A stretch of 64,000 nucleotides of DNA from Takakia lepidozioides (Eukaryota > Plantae > Bryophyta), in contig CM060732.1 of assembly GCA_030704615.1 (NCBI GenBank), forward strand, positions 36,084,001-36,148,000, read 5' to 3'. A program made the position numbers and the translations under genes. The notes under the pieces were generated by a model. That model saw only the letters and a list, made by a program, of their open reading frames with translations, was not told the origin of the DNA and ran no database searches. Position 1 is the first letter of the stretch, and each line of letters starts with the position of its first letter. This document shows, piece after piece, positions 49,903-63,900 of the stretch.

Positions 49903-51470
49903 TTTGGATTGCCTGCCCCTCACTACTCTCCGCTCTCTCCCCCTCCTCCCACCCTACACCAGAACTCGCCACTAATCCCTCAACAACCACACCACTTCCC
50001 AATCAACACAAACACCAACCACCCTCTCCCAGCAACCAATTCACCAAGAAACTCCACCCCGATCGAGAATTCCTCAATGAAGCAAGGGCTTGAGGGATCC
50101 AAAAGCATCTATGCAACCCCGCAAGTCTGGCCCCTTCAATCTGCACCTCTTCTACTCCCCGCCCTTGCTCCCGCACTGCAGCGCATCAAATCGCAGGCCG
50201 CAGTGCAGAGATGGCGAAGGGCGGGAGGTGCGAGGGGGTTTAAACCAGTCCTCGGCATCTCTTCCGCGCTCCTTCCCTCTTATTAAGACTTTAACTTTAT
50301 CTTTATCTTCTCTCTAAGACCCCGTTCTTCGTCCTTCGTAATATTCAATTAGTTACCCACTATTAATTACCTCTGTGGGTAGGTTAGTGTAAGTACAGCG
50401 GATGGTAGGTATGTAAGTAGGGGATGGTCCGTAGATGTACCTGGTAATTAATTACAATCAAGTGAATGAATGTGGGCACTTACGATTGTCGTAAATACGC
50501 TTTTGGGGATGAATTATCTTATCCACAATTTTATTTTATTTTTCTTTCAATAATAAATAGTAATAACTATTTGTCATGGTAATGTACCGTCTTCATCCAG
50601 AATTCCCATCCGTTCCGGCTACTGCTTTCAGCATGACACGTGTCGGTCAGTTGCCTGGGTTCTTCATCCGTTGTTACAGGTGGTTCATTCATCCAATGCA
50701 GGGGCAGGGATGCTCATATAAAGACCCGCACGCTTCGTCTTCGCAGTGCGGGAGTTGTTCTCGAGAGTTTTTGCTGAGCGGCCTCGCAAGAGTTTGTGTG
50801 CCAACGATCTGTGTGGAGTTCGCAGTGCGGCTCAAGAGGTCGTCTTCGTCTCGCCCTCGTACTGTGGGAGAGTTGGAGCGAGTTGGGGTCCTTTGGAGTA
50901 AGTGATTATTGTGTGTGTAGTTGCAATCTTGGTTGGGTGTTCTGTTTTGCTGACTGTCTGTTTGCTGATGTGAGTTTCTTGTTTCAGAAGTTGCTATCAT
51001 TCTCTTGTTGTGTGCTGTAGGTGTGTTTCTGTTTTGTGTTTCAGGGGAATGGGCCGTGCCAGTGTTGCATTTAAATACGGGCACCCGTGATTTTTGTTTT
51101 AGGAAGCACTCGGACTCTCTGAGTTGAGGGTTTTTCAGAGTTTTTCAGAGTGCTCTTGGTAGCGTAAAGTACACCACTCTGTTAGGTTTCTGGGATGTCA
51201 GAGTCCTGGGTGATTTATTTTCTTAGGAGGGGACCTATTTAAAGTTTACGAGCTTCGCATTGTAAAAGTAGACGGTTGTGTTGAACATATTTTCAAAATT
51301 TTCTTGTGCGAGCCTCTCTTGTACGCAAATGGTACAAGGAAGGTGGGCAGTTGCACATTCCCTCCTTTTCTTCTCTGGCGGGCCTATGTATATTCTCATT
51401 GGTTGCAGCATTGTATTGGTGCTGGTTGTTGTGGGGAGAGTTGTCGTGCCTAAGCCGTGAGAGACACAGG

Positions 51471-54400
51471 ATGGATGCAGGGGTAGGCTGGAGCGAGATG
51501 GCAGTTCCGGAAGTGGAGGAGCAGCAGCAGCCACCACAAGTGCAAGAGGGTGGGGAAGCAACAGCACCGGTGCAGCTTAGCACGGGCACCCTGCCAAAGA
51601 GGGGACGCGAGGAGGATGGTGACAAGAAGTGGGCAGGTTGGCCAGGTGATAGTGTATTTCGCCTGATCGTGCCCGTACAGAAGGTGGGCAGCATTATTGG
51701 TCGAAAAGGCGAGTTTGTGAAGAAAATGTGTGAGGACACCCGCTCACGCATCAAGATCCTTGAAGGCGTTCCCGGGACATCTGAGCGCATTGTATACTTC
51801 TCTTCTCATCTTGGAATGGTAGATATGGGGTGGGTTCTTGATAGCCAAGTCAAAAGAGAAGGAATGCCTTTATAATTTGATCTTCGTGCCCCTAGCTAGG
51901 TCTTTCTACACGGGTTGAAGAGTAGACAAGCTTCTGGCGCTTGATCCCTGTCATTGTCAAATGGACCTTGTGAAGCTCCCTGCAACCAGGTAACAACCAT
52001 GTTGGCACCAAAAGGGGTGAAGTAGAGAATGGGCGACGAGGATAACATATTGACCAACCTAAGGATAGGGGAAAAAATTCGAACTGTTTTCTGGTGAGGG
52101 TATAAACAAGCTGGGTTTAGCCTAGGGTCTAGCCTTCTCCCCCACATTCCAGTGCTCTCTGTCTTCAAACTCTGAAGTGGGAGATGACTGAGAGTGCATC
52201 CCTGGGCAGCAGCTGTGAATTGGTTGCCTGCAGAAATGTGCACATTTCCATTTTTAAGAAACCTCTCCTTGTGAAAGTGAGGGTCAGGAGGTGTTGGGAA
52301 GTGCGGGAGATAGTAACTCTAGGCAGCATGGCAGGTGATGGTGTCGGCTAGGGAGGATCCAGAGGCTGCTATATCACCAGCAATGGAGGGGCTACTGCGC
52401 GTGCATCGGAGAGTAACAGAAGGCTCCAATCCTGAGTCTGCCGATGGAGAAGTGGCAGAGGGGGGGCCACCCATTGCATCTCGCCTCCTGGTAGCAGCCA
52501 CACAAGCTGGCAGTCTCATTGGCCGTCAGGGTGCCACCATTAAATCCATTCAGGATGCCACAGGTGTTACTGTACGTGTACTGCCTGCCGGTTAGTTTTT
52601 CTTCTCTGAAAAGTCCTGCAATTGTTGTCAAGTTGTTAGTTAATTTAAATCGTGGAGAGGGTCAGTGACCAACTCGTTCTGTATAGAGCCTTCCATTGGA
52701 AATTTCTGCTCACCCTCAAATGTAAATGTGGCACTGTGTCTTCGTCTTTGTGGAAAGTTGCATACACACCCAAACTTCATTTTAGGTCTCTTTGTAAGTG
52801 ACAGCACATATGTTATGCGATTTCATGCTTGGGATGGATTTTGAGCACAAAGTGTGTCTTACCGCAATTTGGTCTGTTTATGAATGTGGCCTTGCTCTTC
52901 TCACCTGTGATGCTAGATTGTGAGTTGAAAAATAAAAGGATGAAAAATAGGATGTCTCACCGCTCGCGTACCTCTAACATCCCTACGTGCAGTAATCTTT
53001 CTTGACAGTCAGAGTAACATGTTGGTTGATCAAACAAATGGATTCCATGGCAACAATTGTTTGTGGCTAAAGGCTGGTACAATGCCAGCTGCCTGTCAGT
53101 TACTTAACTGATAGGATGAGACTGATGGAATAGGCAGAGAGAATGTACTCATAAGGCGTTGTTTGCCGTAGCCTTGTGGCCATTGACCCCGCACTCAGTT
53201 TGAGAGGAGCAAAATATAGGCAGAGAGAGAGAGAAATCGAGAGAGGTGATGAACCGCACATTAACCCCTCTTTTGAATTTCTTTGCCTTGAAATACCTTG
53301 AAGGGCATATTCCGTGTGGTATACTAACCCTCCTGGAGCTGGCTGTGGGATTTCATCCCAGCAGGGTATATGTGACTTCTCCTAAGCCGCCATATTACTT
53401 GCTTCCAGCCCTTCCAGTTGGATCCCCTGATTGAGCCCAATTATGGAGGAAGTAGAGAGACAGTAAGCACCCATTTCTAGAAGGAAGGTGTTAGAAGAGC
53501 CATATGAGCTACCTCATAGCAAAGTTAGGCATAAGGTTTAGAGAGTGCTCCTCCACAAAGAGAGAATATTCCACTGGGGGAAGCCACATGTTCACGAAGG
53601 AAAGTAAAATGTACACTTGCCAACTCCTAGCATCAGTTCCAATATTTTCGAGCAGTAGGTCCCATGTAGAAGCCCTTAGCTTGCAGATAGTATCACGGGT
53701 TCAGTCAAATTGACGTATTCTCTTCGTGAATATGTACTAAGCAGCATTCTATGCACTTCAAAGTGCTTATAGAGCCTGGATAAGTGCAGCAGTAAAGTGT
53801 TTCCTCAACTCTTGTCTGCTCGTCTGCTAAAACGGCATGGCATCTAAACAGTTACAGAGGCTGTTTTAGGTTAACCACTTAGGACCTACCCTCATGAGTC
53901 TTTTTTTACCCATTTCTGGAAATATTTTTCAACACCAATATGCGATCAGGCAATTCATGAGTGGTGTTACTAGACTGAGCCATATTCAAGGCAAAAGAGT
54001 GTACTCATGTGATGTCATTTGCCGTAGTCTTGCGGGGCCGAACAAGAGGGAACAGACACTACCTTTGTGAGGGGCCCACTCCAGTTGTGGGACTTCCCTT
54101 AGTATAAACAATTGATTTGGGCTTTCCAGATTTCCTCTAGAAAGCCCTTCACAGAAGCATCAATGTACTGTGTGTGAGGAGCTGCCAAGCAATTAGACCT
54201 CAACAGGGTCAAGGCTTTAGGCTCGGCCTTAAGATTTTGGAAGTGGGTGAGCAGAGATGCAGGGACTATGGTCTTGATGGTCCTGACGAGGGTCACTCTG
54301 TAATGAGAATACCCCAGTATCAGGAATTGGATATTGTCTTCAGGCCCCCTGCACTTAGGGCATTGACAAATCCTTTTCCTCTCTGCATCTGTTTATTGTT

Positions 54401-56120
54401 CAAAAGTAGACTCCTCACCCCGAGTTTAAATTTCAGTCTAGTGCCTAGGGTACACAGAGAGAGACGTCGAGAGAATGTGCTCATAAGACATTGTCTGCCC
54501 GTAGTCTTGTGGCCATAGACCCCACGCCCAGTTTTGGCAGAACAAAGCAAACAGAACTACCTTTGTGAGGGGCTCACTTCGTACAGAGAGAGTTGACAGA
54601 GAGAGTGAGGGACATAATTGAAGACTGGCTTGCCTTTGGCTTCTTGTGTTAGTGCCCACTGCTGGGGTCGAATGTCTGGACTGGGCCACAAAAGAAAGAA
54701 CCCTTCTGGAAGCCTGAAGGGGTTCGAAAGAGAGGAAGGGTAAGATGCACAGGGATATAATGAAGATGAAGTGAGGGATTATGGGGTGGAATGCAGAGGA
54801 GCTGCCATTGTGTGCTTTGGCAGACGATAGAGTCGTGGAGATACAGGGTGATGCCCAACATGTGCAGCGTGCCATGGAGCTGGTGGTGTCACATCTCCGC
54901 AAGTTTCTGGTGGATCGCAGTGTTCTTCCCCTCTTTGAACTCAATGTGCGTACTTGTTGCCCCTGGTTTACAGGAACCCTACATCATAACTTTGTCCTTC
55001 ACGGGTTTGAAATTTCTTTTCTGAGCTTTGTGTACCGTCTCGAGTCTCAAAGTAAGGGGGTGTCTGTGTCCTGTCGGGGATTGGTGGAGAATTGTGTCTG
55101 AGATTAGGGGAGTTGTGGGGTTGCAGAGAGCCGTCACAAGTAATGCGCAGCAGCAGTCTGGAGGAGCAATGTGGCAGTCAAGCAACACAGTGATGCAACA
55201 GCAGCAGCAGCAGCAGCAGCCAAGCTACGCCAGTGCCAATGACACGTCTTTCTATCCAACAGCAACGGAGCTGGCACAGCACCATCAGCAGCAACAACAG
55301 GAGCAGCACATGCAGCAGCACCTCCACCATGGTGTGTCCATGTATGGTCGTGACCCCGGCATGGCATCTGTTGTTGCACCTCTCCCGGCCCCCATTATCA
55401 CCCAGGTCGGTTACTGTTCTCTTCTCAGAGTTATTTGAGGTTTCTTTCTCATGTCCACAGGCAAAGTGACAGAGGGTTTCCTTGCAGGTAACACAACACA
55501 TGCAGATACCGCTTTCTTATGCAGATGCCATAATTGGTACAGCTGGGGCTAACATCAGCTACATGCGGCGCACTAGCAGCGCAACTATCACCATCCAGGA
55601 GACACGTGGTGTACCTGGTGAGATGACCGTGGAGATCCATGGTAGTGCTGCTCAAGTCCAGACTGCCCAGCAACTCATCCAGGTACGCGGCAATACTTCC
55701 ATGGGATGTAGCAAGAGAACCATAAGTGCCCAAGCATCTGCACTCTTGCCTTCAGCTGCAGCTAGAAGTATGGTCACATTTAGGTTGCTTGTTACCTGCA
55801 AAGAAGCCCAAGCCATGCAGGTTGTTGCAAGTTGAGGAGATGGGGAACTGTGCGTGAGAGGGTAGAAAGAGGAGGGCCGTTCTATTGGGGATTTCTGAAA
55901 GTCACAGTGTGATAGTGATGGACTTACCTGACCGAATTACTGGGTGCAGAATTTCATGGCTGGTGCAACAAGCGCAGCCTCAGCAGCATATAACAATTCT
56001 GCTGACACAAGCTACAGTTCCTATCCAAGTCAGGCGCCTATGTACTCCACTGCACCTGCCACTACTGGCCTCACCCCAGCTGCCTATGGCTCGCATTACA
56101 ACACCAGCTACGGCTACTGA
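51471..56120 (+). CDS. FLK: Three-KH-domain RNA-binding protein, FLK/PEPPER family; exons 51471-51791, 52335-52590, 54797-54945, 55127-55405, 55488-55682, 55950-56120
   Basis: [80 protein letters not shown]. Poly-Q linker. Confidence 0.93.
53135..54580 (+). repeat. Three diverged copies of a short interspersed repeat in FLK intron 2
   Basis: gag.atgt.ctcat...tgccgtag.cttg.ggcc at ~53137, ~53997 and ~54470. The last two share actacctttgtgaggggc. Confidence 0.65.
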
Positions 56121-57730
56121 GCTCACATCTTGTGCAGCCGGCTCTGTGTACAGAGAGAGTGTCTCTGTGATTTGTACAACTGCCTTTTGTTAGCAAAATG
56201 GGTGTCTTAAAATGCCTATATCAATGATCAAGTTGAAACAGCTAAAGCTGACCTACAGTTGTGTTTGTTGTTGGGTTCGAGTTTGGACATGCACAGCATT
56301 TAGAGAGGTCTTTGGGGACTGCGTTGTTCTTTAGAAGTGCCTTTCTTTTGCTTTACTTGCCTTTGAATTTTATACAACCAAAAACCTATCCATCACTTAG
56401 ATCGGTTATTCCATATCCACAACGAACATGTACCAATGGGAAGTTTCATTGTCTTCCCCAATTTTGATGCTCCGAGGCAATAAGATTTTGTTCCAAAGTG
56501 TACGTCTTTTCAATGCAAGAGGCATGTGATCATTTGAGGTTTCTGTTAGATAGAAATCTTCAACAAATGCAGACAGTACCCAAGCTAATCAAAATGTATC
56601 TTTTGAGTAAAGTTCTTCATGCGACTGATCAAAATTTTTTGGCCCTGCCCTACGGCAAGGGTATCTACGGGGAAATTTCCACGGGACCAAAGGAGCCTAT
56701 GAACATCCGAAGTATGTGACAAAGTCGTTCTGTTCTTTCAACACTTCTCTAAATAATATTTGAGGGCAAAGCTTGACGAAGGTGAAGGACATTTGACTTT
56801 ATAAACCAGCCTCTTCACTACTGCATCTGGAGCGCTCTCTGGAGTCCGACATGCCACCACAGCAAAAACTGAAGCGTCATCGTAAGAGGAATGCACACAT
56901 TATCAAGGGCGATATCACGAACAACCACATGGCCCGCGTTTGTAGCGTGCATGATGTTAGAGACTTAAGCTGGTTGAACCCATCATGTCAAGGATACTGA
57001 GATAGCAGCTGTCGGAACCTCTGCCAGAGGCCCAGTCGTCAACTCAGAGAGCTCGAAAGTTAATCGGTGGTCAGTTTGTACCAAGCTCCATCTTGTAAGC
57101 ATCAAGTCCGAGGTCCAATTGTTGGGCTAGTACCCGTCTCTGAGGCTACAGGGTGAAAAATGCTCTTGTTTCCCTTCTCAAGTGCTGCATGAACTGCTGT
57201 TCTTAGGAAAAGGATCATTCAAGAAGGAAGGAAAGTACATCACCTGAAATCCATGAATTGCTTAACATGCGTTCTGATTTCAGTTCGACCACATACCGTA
57301 AATGAACGCTGAGTGCTCAGCCTGCTGCGTATACGTACTCCAGACGAGCACATACATAGCTTGCACTTGAATGCTAATTATGTATATTAGTAATCATCAG
57401 ATAAGAAAACACATTGCCACAAATCACTTGTAGCTCCGATAATACTGTCTCGAGTGATCACGGAACAAATCTAGTACAAGTTTAATCTAGTCTAGAAACT
57501 AGATCTATAGCAAATACTGTAAGTACAGAGAACTTTGAAGCTGAGATCTAACAATCTAAGCGTGCTCCAGTATTTGACCGGTATTTGACGGGATAACTGA
57601 CCCGTGCAAATTAAATTTGTAAGAAGCATTAAGCATCTTGTGAATCGCTTGTTGGAATCGGGACTTCTTATATCTATGGAATTTTTCTCTTGTCATATGT
57701 TGCGTCAGCTATTCAGCTGTGACCATTCGA

Positions 57731-59367
57731 TCACGAGCCACCAGCAGAGCAAATTTTCCGGAAGATTGGCAGTCGTCTTGAGTTGTGTACATCTTCTTCA
57801 GCTGATGGCCAATCCTCTGGAAATCGATCTGGTGAAGGAGGAAAAACTGGGCCAGAGACTTTACTCAAAATATCAGATTTGTGTATAAACCTGCACCGCT
57901 TGCCATAAGGGCACAACCCGGTTTCCGTGTAAGACCGGCAGATCTGCACATGCACCAGGGGGTTCTGCTTATTAGCGAGCACCTATAAATGTTTAAGTTC
58001 GTGAGATTGCAAGCACTGTTCATCCAGCACATGTATATATTCTGAACCATCCCAGAAATATGAACAGGTAATTACCATCTTTTATCGATCAGTGTTCTTG
58101 ACGGGTTTAAGTTTAAGTTTTAAGTTCTTTCCTGGTACTGTTCAAGCCTGCATACATACATGTACCTCTGTTTTGTATTTCGGGTGACGAGGAACTGGTC
58201 GGAGGTCCTCACTTCCATGCGCAAACTGCACAAGTTCATGTCAACCTAGAATTTCAAAGCCAAGAAAATTAAAGCTTGCCAGAAGGACCACATAACTTGT
58301 ACATATCTTGAAAATTATATAAGTGACACCACTTCGACAAGTAGATAGTGCTCGTCAAATACTGTAGTTGATTGAATCAGCGGTCGCCAGCCTAGTGACA
58401 TTCAGAATATTTAATACTCGGGAGGTATCTCTTGTAGATTAATGTAGTTCTGACTCATATTCATCTTATCTGATATCTGCACACAATGATCCATGGCATG
58501 TAGCGCCTTTGATGCCTGTAATACCTGACATTTTGTAGAATATCTGCAGTAGCCTGTTTCCTCCCAGGACCTGCACAGTTCAGTTTTGTACAAATTGCTC
58601 CGTGGAAACTGATAGTCTAGATCCTTAGAGTGAAAAATACTGCAAGTATCCATGTTTCCGCAGTTGGAGGGAAAGCTATTCAACACCAACACATCTTCAT
58701 GCTCCTGGAGTAGCCAATCAGCTGCGGAGGGTCTCAATTCATCCGCTGAAACTGGACCCTGCCACATTGGATCGTAACAAAATAATGGTGTCGCTTCCCA
58801 CATGGTAGGAGATGGAAGATACTGTGAGATGTATGCCAACCCTGGAAGCTCTAAAGATCCCTGGCCTGCGCTGTGATTTTTCGGCGAGAATTCTCCGCCT
58901 GTCACCAAGGGACTGATGGGAGAGCCAACAGTGCAGGCCCCAAGAACTGCGTTAGAGAAATACTGCATTTTGGAGGAGGTGCTTCTCATAGCTTGAACGT
59001 CTGAAACTCCTTGGCTGTATATTTTGACTGGGGAGAGTCCTTCCCCTACAGGAAATGGACTGATGGACGACTGGAATCCCAGAGTGCAGCTGCTCTTGGA
59101 TGCTGCATTAACTGGAATTCCTGTGGTGTCCTCTCCTGCAGCACCGCAGACAACATATGTGTGTGGATGCGCTGCTGATATAGGAGGCACGCCTTCCACC
59201 TCGACAGCACCGCATGCAGAGCCATTTCCTGCAGCTCCAACGTACTGATAGGGATAATCGTAAAAATGACGACGGGATGTCGCAGCTGGCCCGCAAGTAG
59301 AATCCATTCCAAAAGTTGAATCTACAGCGCACGGACTCATCTGTGAGCTACCTGCAGCTGGCGCCAT
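57731..59367 (-). CDS. TTP/ZFP36-like tandem CCCH zinc-finger protein; exons 59367-58525, 58225-58166, 57943-57731
   Basis: LYKTELCRSWEETGYCRYSTKCQ|FAHGSEDLRPVPRHPKYKTE|ICRSYTETGLCPYGKRCRFIH, with C-terminal RRLPIFRKIC. Confidence 0.93.
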
Positions 59368-60643
59368 CGAGGGGACGCAAATATTTGTGCAGTAACAACA
59401 GAACGAAAACCTTGCCTACACGTAATTCACCACGCCAACTCAATCGCTTGGAAGTTCAAAGACGAAAATTCCATGATCCGGAGCAGACATCAAGTATGAG
59501 CTATCCGGCACACTGAAGGAATCCTCCCAAGACAGTCCGTCTGCGTGGACATTACCATAATATTACGATCATCCAAGGCTCACTTGAGAGCTCGTGTAAC
59601 TAGTGTGACCTCGTACTACGTATCCGGACCTCCCAGAAACCAACAAGAACCGACCTCCACTGAGAGACAGACAGACAGCTGTGATCCAGAGAGACGGAAG
59701 GCAGTGCCGCCATCTCCGAGGCTGGGCGCCCCGCCTAAATCTTTTTTGATTTTTATAGCAATCTTACATATTTTATCTCTTCGATCTCCATCGTTAGATA
59801 TTTAGAATTTAAAATAATTATCAACCGTCGATATTATGGGAACAGACGCTGAGATTTATCGAATCGCAGTGAAGTATCTCACAGAATCGAACATACGATT
59901 TGTCGGCAGGAAATCTCATCCACATCCATCCAAAGGGCGGTATCGTTGTCAAAAGGCTGGCATTCATCTCTTCCCAGTTCGTTAAGCAACAGAAATGAAA
60001 TGAAATGAAATGAAATGGTGCTTTATAACGAATCACTGGAGTAACGCCCAAAGTCTCGTTACAGTGGACTGTCGCTCTTCTCACTTCACTCTGTCCGAAT
60101 GCATAAGGCCTGCAGTGAAGAAGAAAGTTGCAAAAGGGAAGAGGTCTTCACGTCTTCACCTATATCTTAGAGCCGAGGCCATGGAATCTAGCATCCAAGA
60201 TTTCCTTCTATCCTTTTGATGTCAGCTTGGCTCTTGATTTTCTGCTCTTGAGAGTTGAGAGATGGCCGTCTCTCTTACCAGTTGATGTGCTTAAAGCTGG
60301 ACACAGAAACAGGAGGTACTGACCACATTGCATAATAGGTGTTGATGGTGCTGGGGGATCAGAGGGTGGGATTCTTCTGGTGGCGACCCCTATTACCTGT
60401 ACTACTCAGTTAAACATGCCTTGTCTTCGTGTGGGCATTTGCAAACAGCAGTGACAAAACCACAGGTTGAACCACATGGCACTTTGGGTTCAGAGTGTTT
60501 AATGAGTATTTACAGCTTTGGCCATGTGTTGGCCTGAAACAGAAGTAAAACACACTTCTACTCCTTGCAGGTCAGACAGCATATGTGAATCCATTATCTT
60601 TTCTTAGATTCAGGGCTTCTCCTTCCGCAGTTTGATCAGAGCC

Positions 60644-63200
60644 TCAGGCAGCTTTCTGGGCTCGCCCACTGGTGCTTGGAAAATCATCGCGCTTATGGTT
60701 TGGGTCGTCCGGTTTCTTGGCCCATGCAGGTGCTCTGTCAGGCTCATAGCGGTAGTCATAAAAGAGCTCCTCCCCTGCAAGGATTCGCTCCTTTGCAAAG
60801 ATCCCTACCCTATGATCTCCTGAGACCATCAACACCTGCCACACAATGGAGTCCATCATGGCTTTAATGCAGGAAGGGCCACAGCAACATCCTTAAGGAG
60901 AGATATGGGGAACAGATTGTTACCTTTTCTCCAGCAGCGTTTATGCATCCTGTTGGTGCCACCTAAGGTTCTCTTTCTGCCCTTCGAGCCTCCCGTGGAT
61001 GTAATAAATTTCTTCCTTTATTTCTCTCTCCTCTCTCTGCCCTTTCAGTACTGATGATGGGCCCCTTTTCCGCGGACGTTACAAAGCACCATTTCATTTC
61101 ATTTCATTTCCCTTCCGTTGTGTCTCTTCCCCTTCTTTGTCCGAACTAAAACTTGGGGTCTATTGAACGGGTGCAGGATGCCCTGACTGACTATTAGCAC
61201 AAAACATGTACCTTGGCATAGCAATTGGGGTTGGGGGAATGATTGGCAAACTTGAGCTTGTCCCCCTTGCGGCAAGCATCCAGCACAAACTGCACAGTCA
61301 ATCAAGTCATACTTTAGTGGAGACTAACAAAAAGTCTCTGAGAATAGATTGCACATGTCACTATTTTGACTTTCAACACGGCCACTGACACATGCTCTGG
61401 TTCAGATCCAAATTCAGAGGTTAAAACCATTGTTATCATTTGAAAGAAAGAGTGGGCATCCCAGATAAAGCATCTCAATCGCAAGAACACAATCCCTCTC
61501 TGCTGAAAGGTTTTGGTACAGAAAACAGTTATGTGGTATAAATCTGGGAGCTTGCCTGGTCATTCAGGTTGAAAAGAAATGAAGAGTTTTCACGATCATA
61601 GATTTTCCCCCGCTTGTCAGCCTCCCGATGAGATATCAGCTCTCCGGTGTACTCTCCCAGATACTCATGTTTTCCCACTGGGTTCTGCCATGATGAGACA
61701 GGGCAGAGCCAAACTTTTGTCTCATTGACATATACTATCCAGGCACATGCACAAAAGAAAGCCTGGGTAAACTAGTGTAATGTCAAAGATATCACCCATC
61801 TCTGCTATCCCAAACTTGGTGAGTGTATTCCCAACAAGCACACGGAAAGTAGTCTAACTGGTATATTTTCTCAAAACTAGTGGCAATCCCTCATCACAAA
61901 GGCAAGAGATTGAACACCAGGAAAGGACAACTGAAAGCCTAACCTTCAAGAAGGCACCCCAGCCAGCCACATCTGACCTGCCCAGCAGCACCTGCAAGCC
62001 GCTCCCCACTTGTTCTCAGTTTGTAGTATGATATATGCCTCAATAATATCTCTTCTGAAAGTCTTCAGGAAGGCTCAGCTACTCTCCCTGCAGTTCTACT
62101 GTAGCTCAGGTTAGTATGTCCTAATGAGAAACCTCAGACTAACATGGAGCGCCAAAAATAAGTGCTTCTACCCGTTGCTGTTGTTTGAGCATCAGCTTCA
62201 TATTGTGGCATTCGTAGTTGTCGCCTCGAGGAGGAGGCCCTCCATCTGTACCATCTCCACACCTGATATAGCAACAACATGCATGAGATCATTTAGTGGT
62301 CAAACACTCAATTAGTGACTGGTCAGCTCAGGATTTGTCAAGGTTAGAACTTGCATTGCCATCAACATGGAAAGCAGAATGTAGCCAACAGAGTGTAGCC
62401 ACATGTCCTGCAAGATTATTGTGTACATTTTCATGAGTGATTGAGCTCAATCAAGGGGTAAGAAAGAGAAGACTCACCCAACCCAACAATTGCGGCACAC
62501 ATCAGGGTCACACTCACGACCAGCAGCAAAGCAAGGACACTGCCTACTGCAGCATTGGCTCTTTGCACAGTGGCAACCTCGGAATCGGTTCTTGCAACCC
62601 TTGGAACATCTGATTTTTCCATAACAGACAGACAAGACATTCAAATTTCCTCAGGCTATTAAAATGAGTCAGTTCCAAAGCTGCAAAGAGCTCAAGTGAC
62701 ATAAGCAACAGAAAACTAAGAAAATACTGCTGTTACTCAGCAAGAAAAACTAGCTGCCTGAAACTTTGACCTCTGTTGATAATCCACATCTTGCAAGCCT
62801 AAAATACTACAATGAGACTCAAAGCATCTTCTTGATGTGAGATGCTTTATAACTCTAGCATAACGACAGAGATACAAGGTTGTTGCTCTCGGACTCGAAT
62901 GTTGCCATTAAGGCAATTATTTAATACGAAAGAGGACAAAGGAAATGAGACTAAGAGATTGCTGTCTACTTACCCACAATACTTTTCACAGCAGGTTTCA
63001 TTCAGCAGGCACGGACACTGCTTGCCACAGGTGAAGCGACAGTTGCAGGCTGTGTACTGCCGGCATGGTTGATCCTTTCCATTAGCCATCCGTTTGCGTA
63101 GCAGTGGGTGGACGACCGATTTCCAGGAGAACTTCAGCTTCCGAACTCTACCCCTTCGCTTGCCATTGTACAGTCGTGCTCCGGTCCGAGCCTCCACATC
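60644..63200 (-). CDS. CLF: E(z)-type H3K27 methyltransferase CURLY LEAF, 3' part (CXC + SET); exons 63200-62974, 62609-62478, 62262-62172, 61991-61944, 61684-61556, 61289-61212, 60835-60644
   Basis: [90 protein letters not shown] (CLF-type). Confidence 0.96.
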
Positions 63201-63539
63201 CTGTATGAAAAAGTTAGCTTGTTCAGCAGAATTTGGTATAGCTTGCTGTTTCTATGTTTGTTTGTTCCAACCTACTGTTCAGGTTGGAGAGATTGTGAGA
63301 ACGCACTGCTGAGATTAGAATTGACAGAAGATGTAAAGAAACCCTTAGCAACGCTTCACAAAAAATCACAAACTTGTACAGAAAGGAAGAAATGAAAGAA
63401 AGCACATTATCATGTCCAGAAGAAGGCCCAGGGAACCCAACCAACAAAGAGAAGTAGGAACCATAGAACTATTATGGAAAGAAAGAATCATTCAAACTTT
63501 GCACACTGGCGGAGTGCTTCCTGTAGATAAGATGAGAGG

Positions 63540-63900
63540 TATTTGTGTGATCTTAATAACTGAAAGTTTCAGGCAAGTTGGGGAAGTCTACCCAATATCT
63601 GCCCCAGATTTCATAGTAGGCAGGCAAGAGAAGGTCTCAACTTCGCCTGTATTGCAATATGGGCATATGTGATCCTCTCTCGTTGGCAGTCTTAGTCCAT
63701 CTTCCACTCTCAATGCAGAGGGTGTGGAAAGTATGGCTTGGAAGATTGCTTTGAACTCAAGAGGCAAAGCATCAAGTTCTGCCCAGATGACCTCTCTTGA
63801 TGTGTTGCTCTTAGCCCCTATAATGCTTCGCTAAAAGGAGAGTGGAAGCGGCTCCATTGTGGATTTCAGCGAATACCCGCAAGCTTAGGACACCAAATCT
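63540..63900 (-). mobile_element. Possible decayed LINE 3' fragment in a CLF intron
   Basis: The minus-strand peptide REDHICPYCNTGEVETF resembles the C-terminal Cys motif of non-LTR ORF2 proteins. Surrounding frames are broken. Confidence 0.35.

Noticed and set aside
53246-54440. Possible LINE fragments in FLK intron 2
   Set aside because: Only a vague resemblance, with no diagnostic RT or endonuclease motif.
59992-60017. (GAAAT)5 and the inverse (ATTTC)4 at 61091
   Set aside because: Ordinary microsatellites; no evidence that they are paired element ends.
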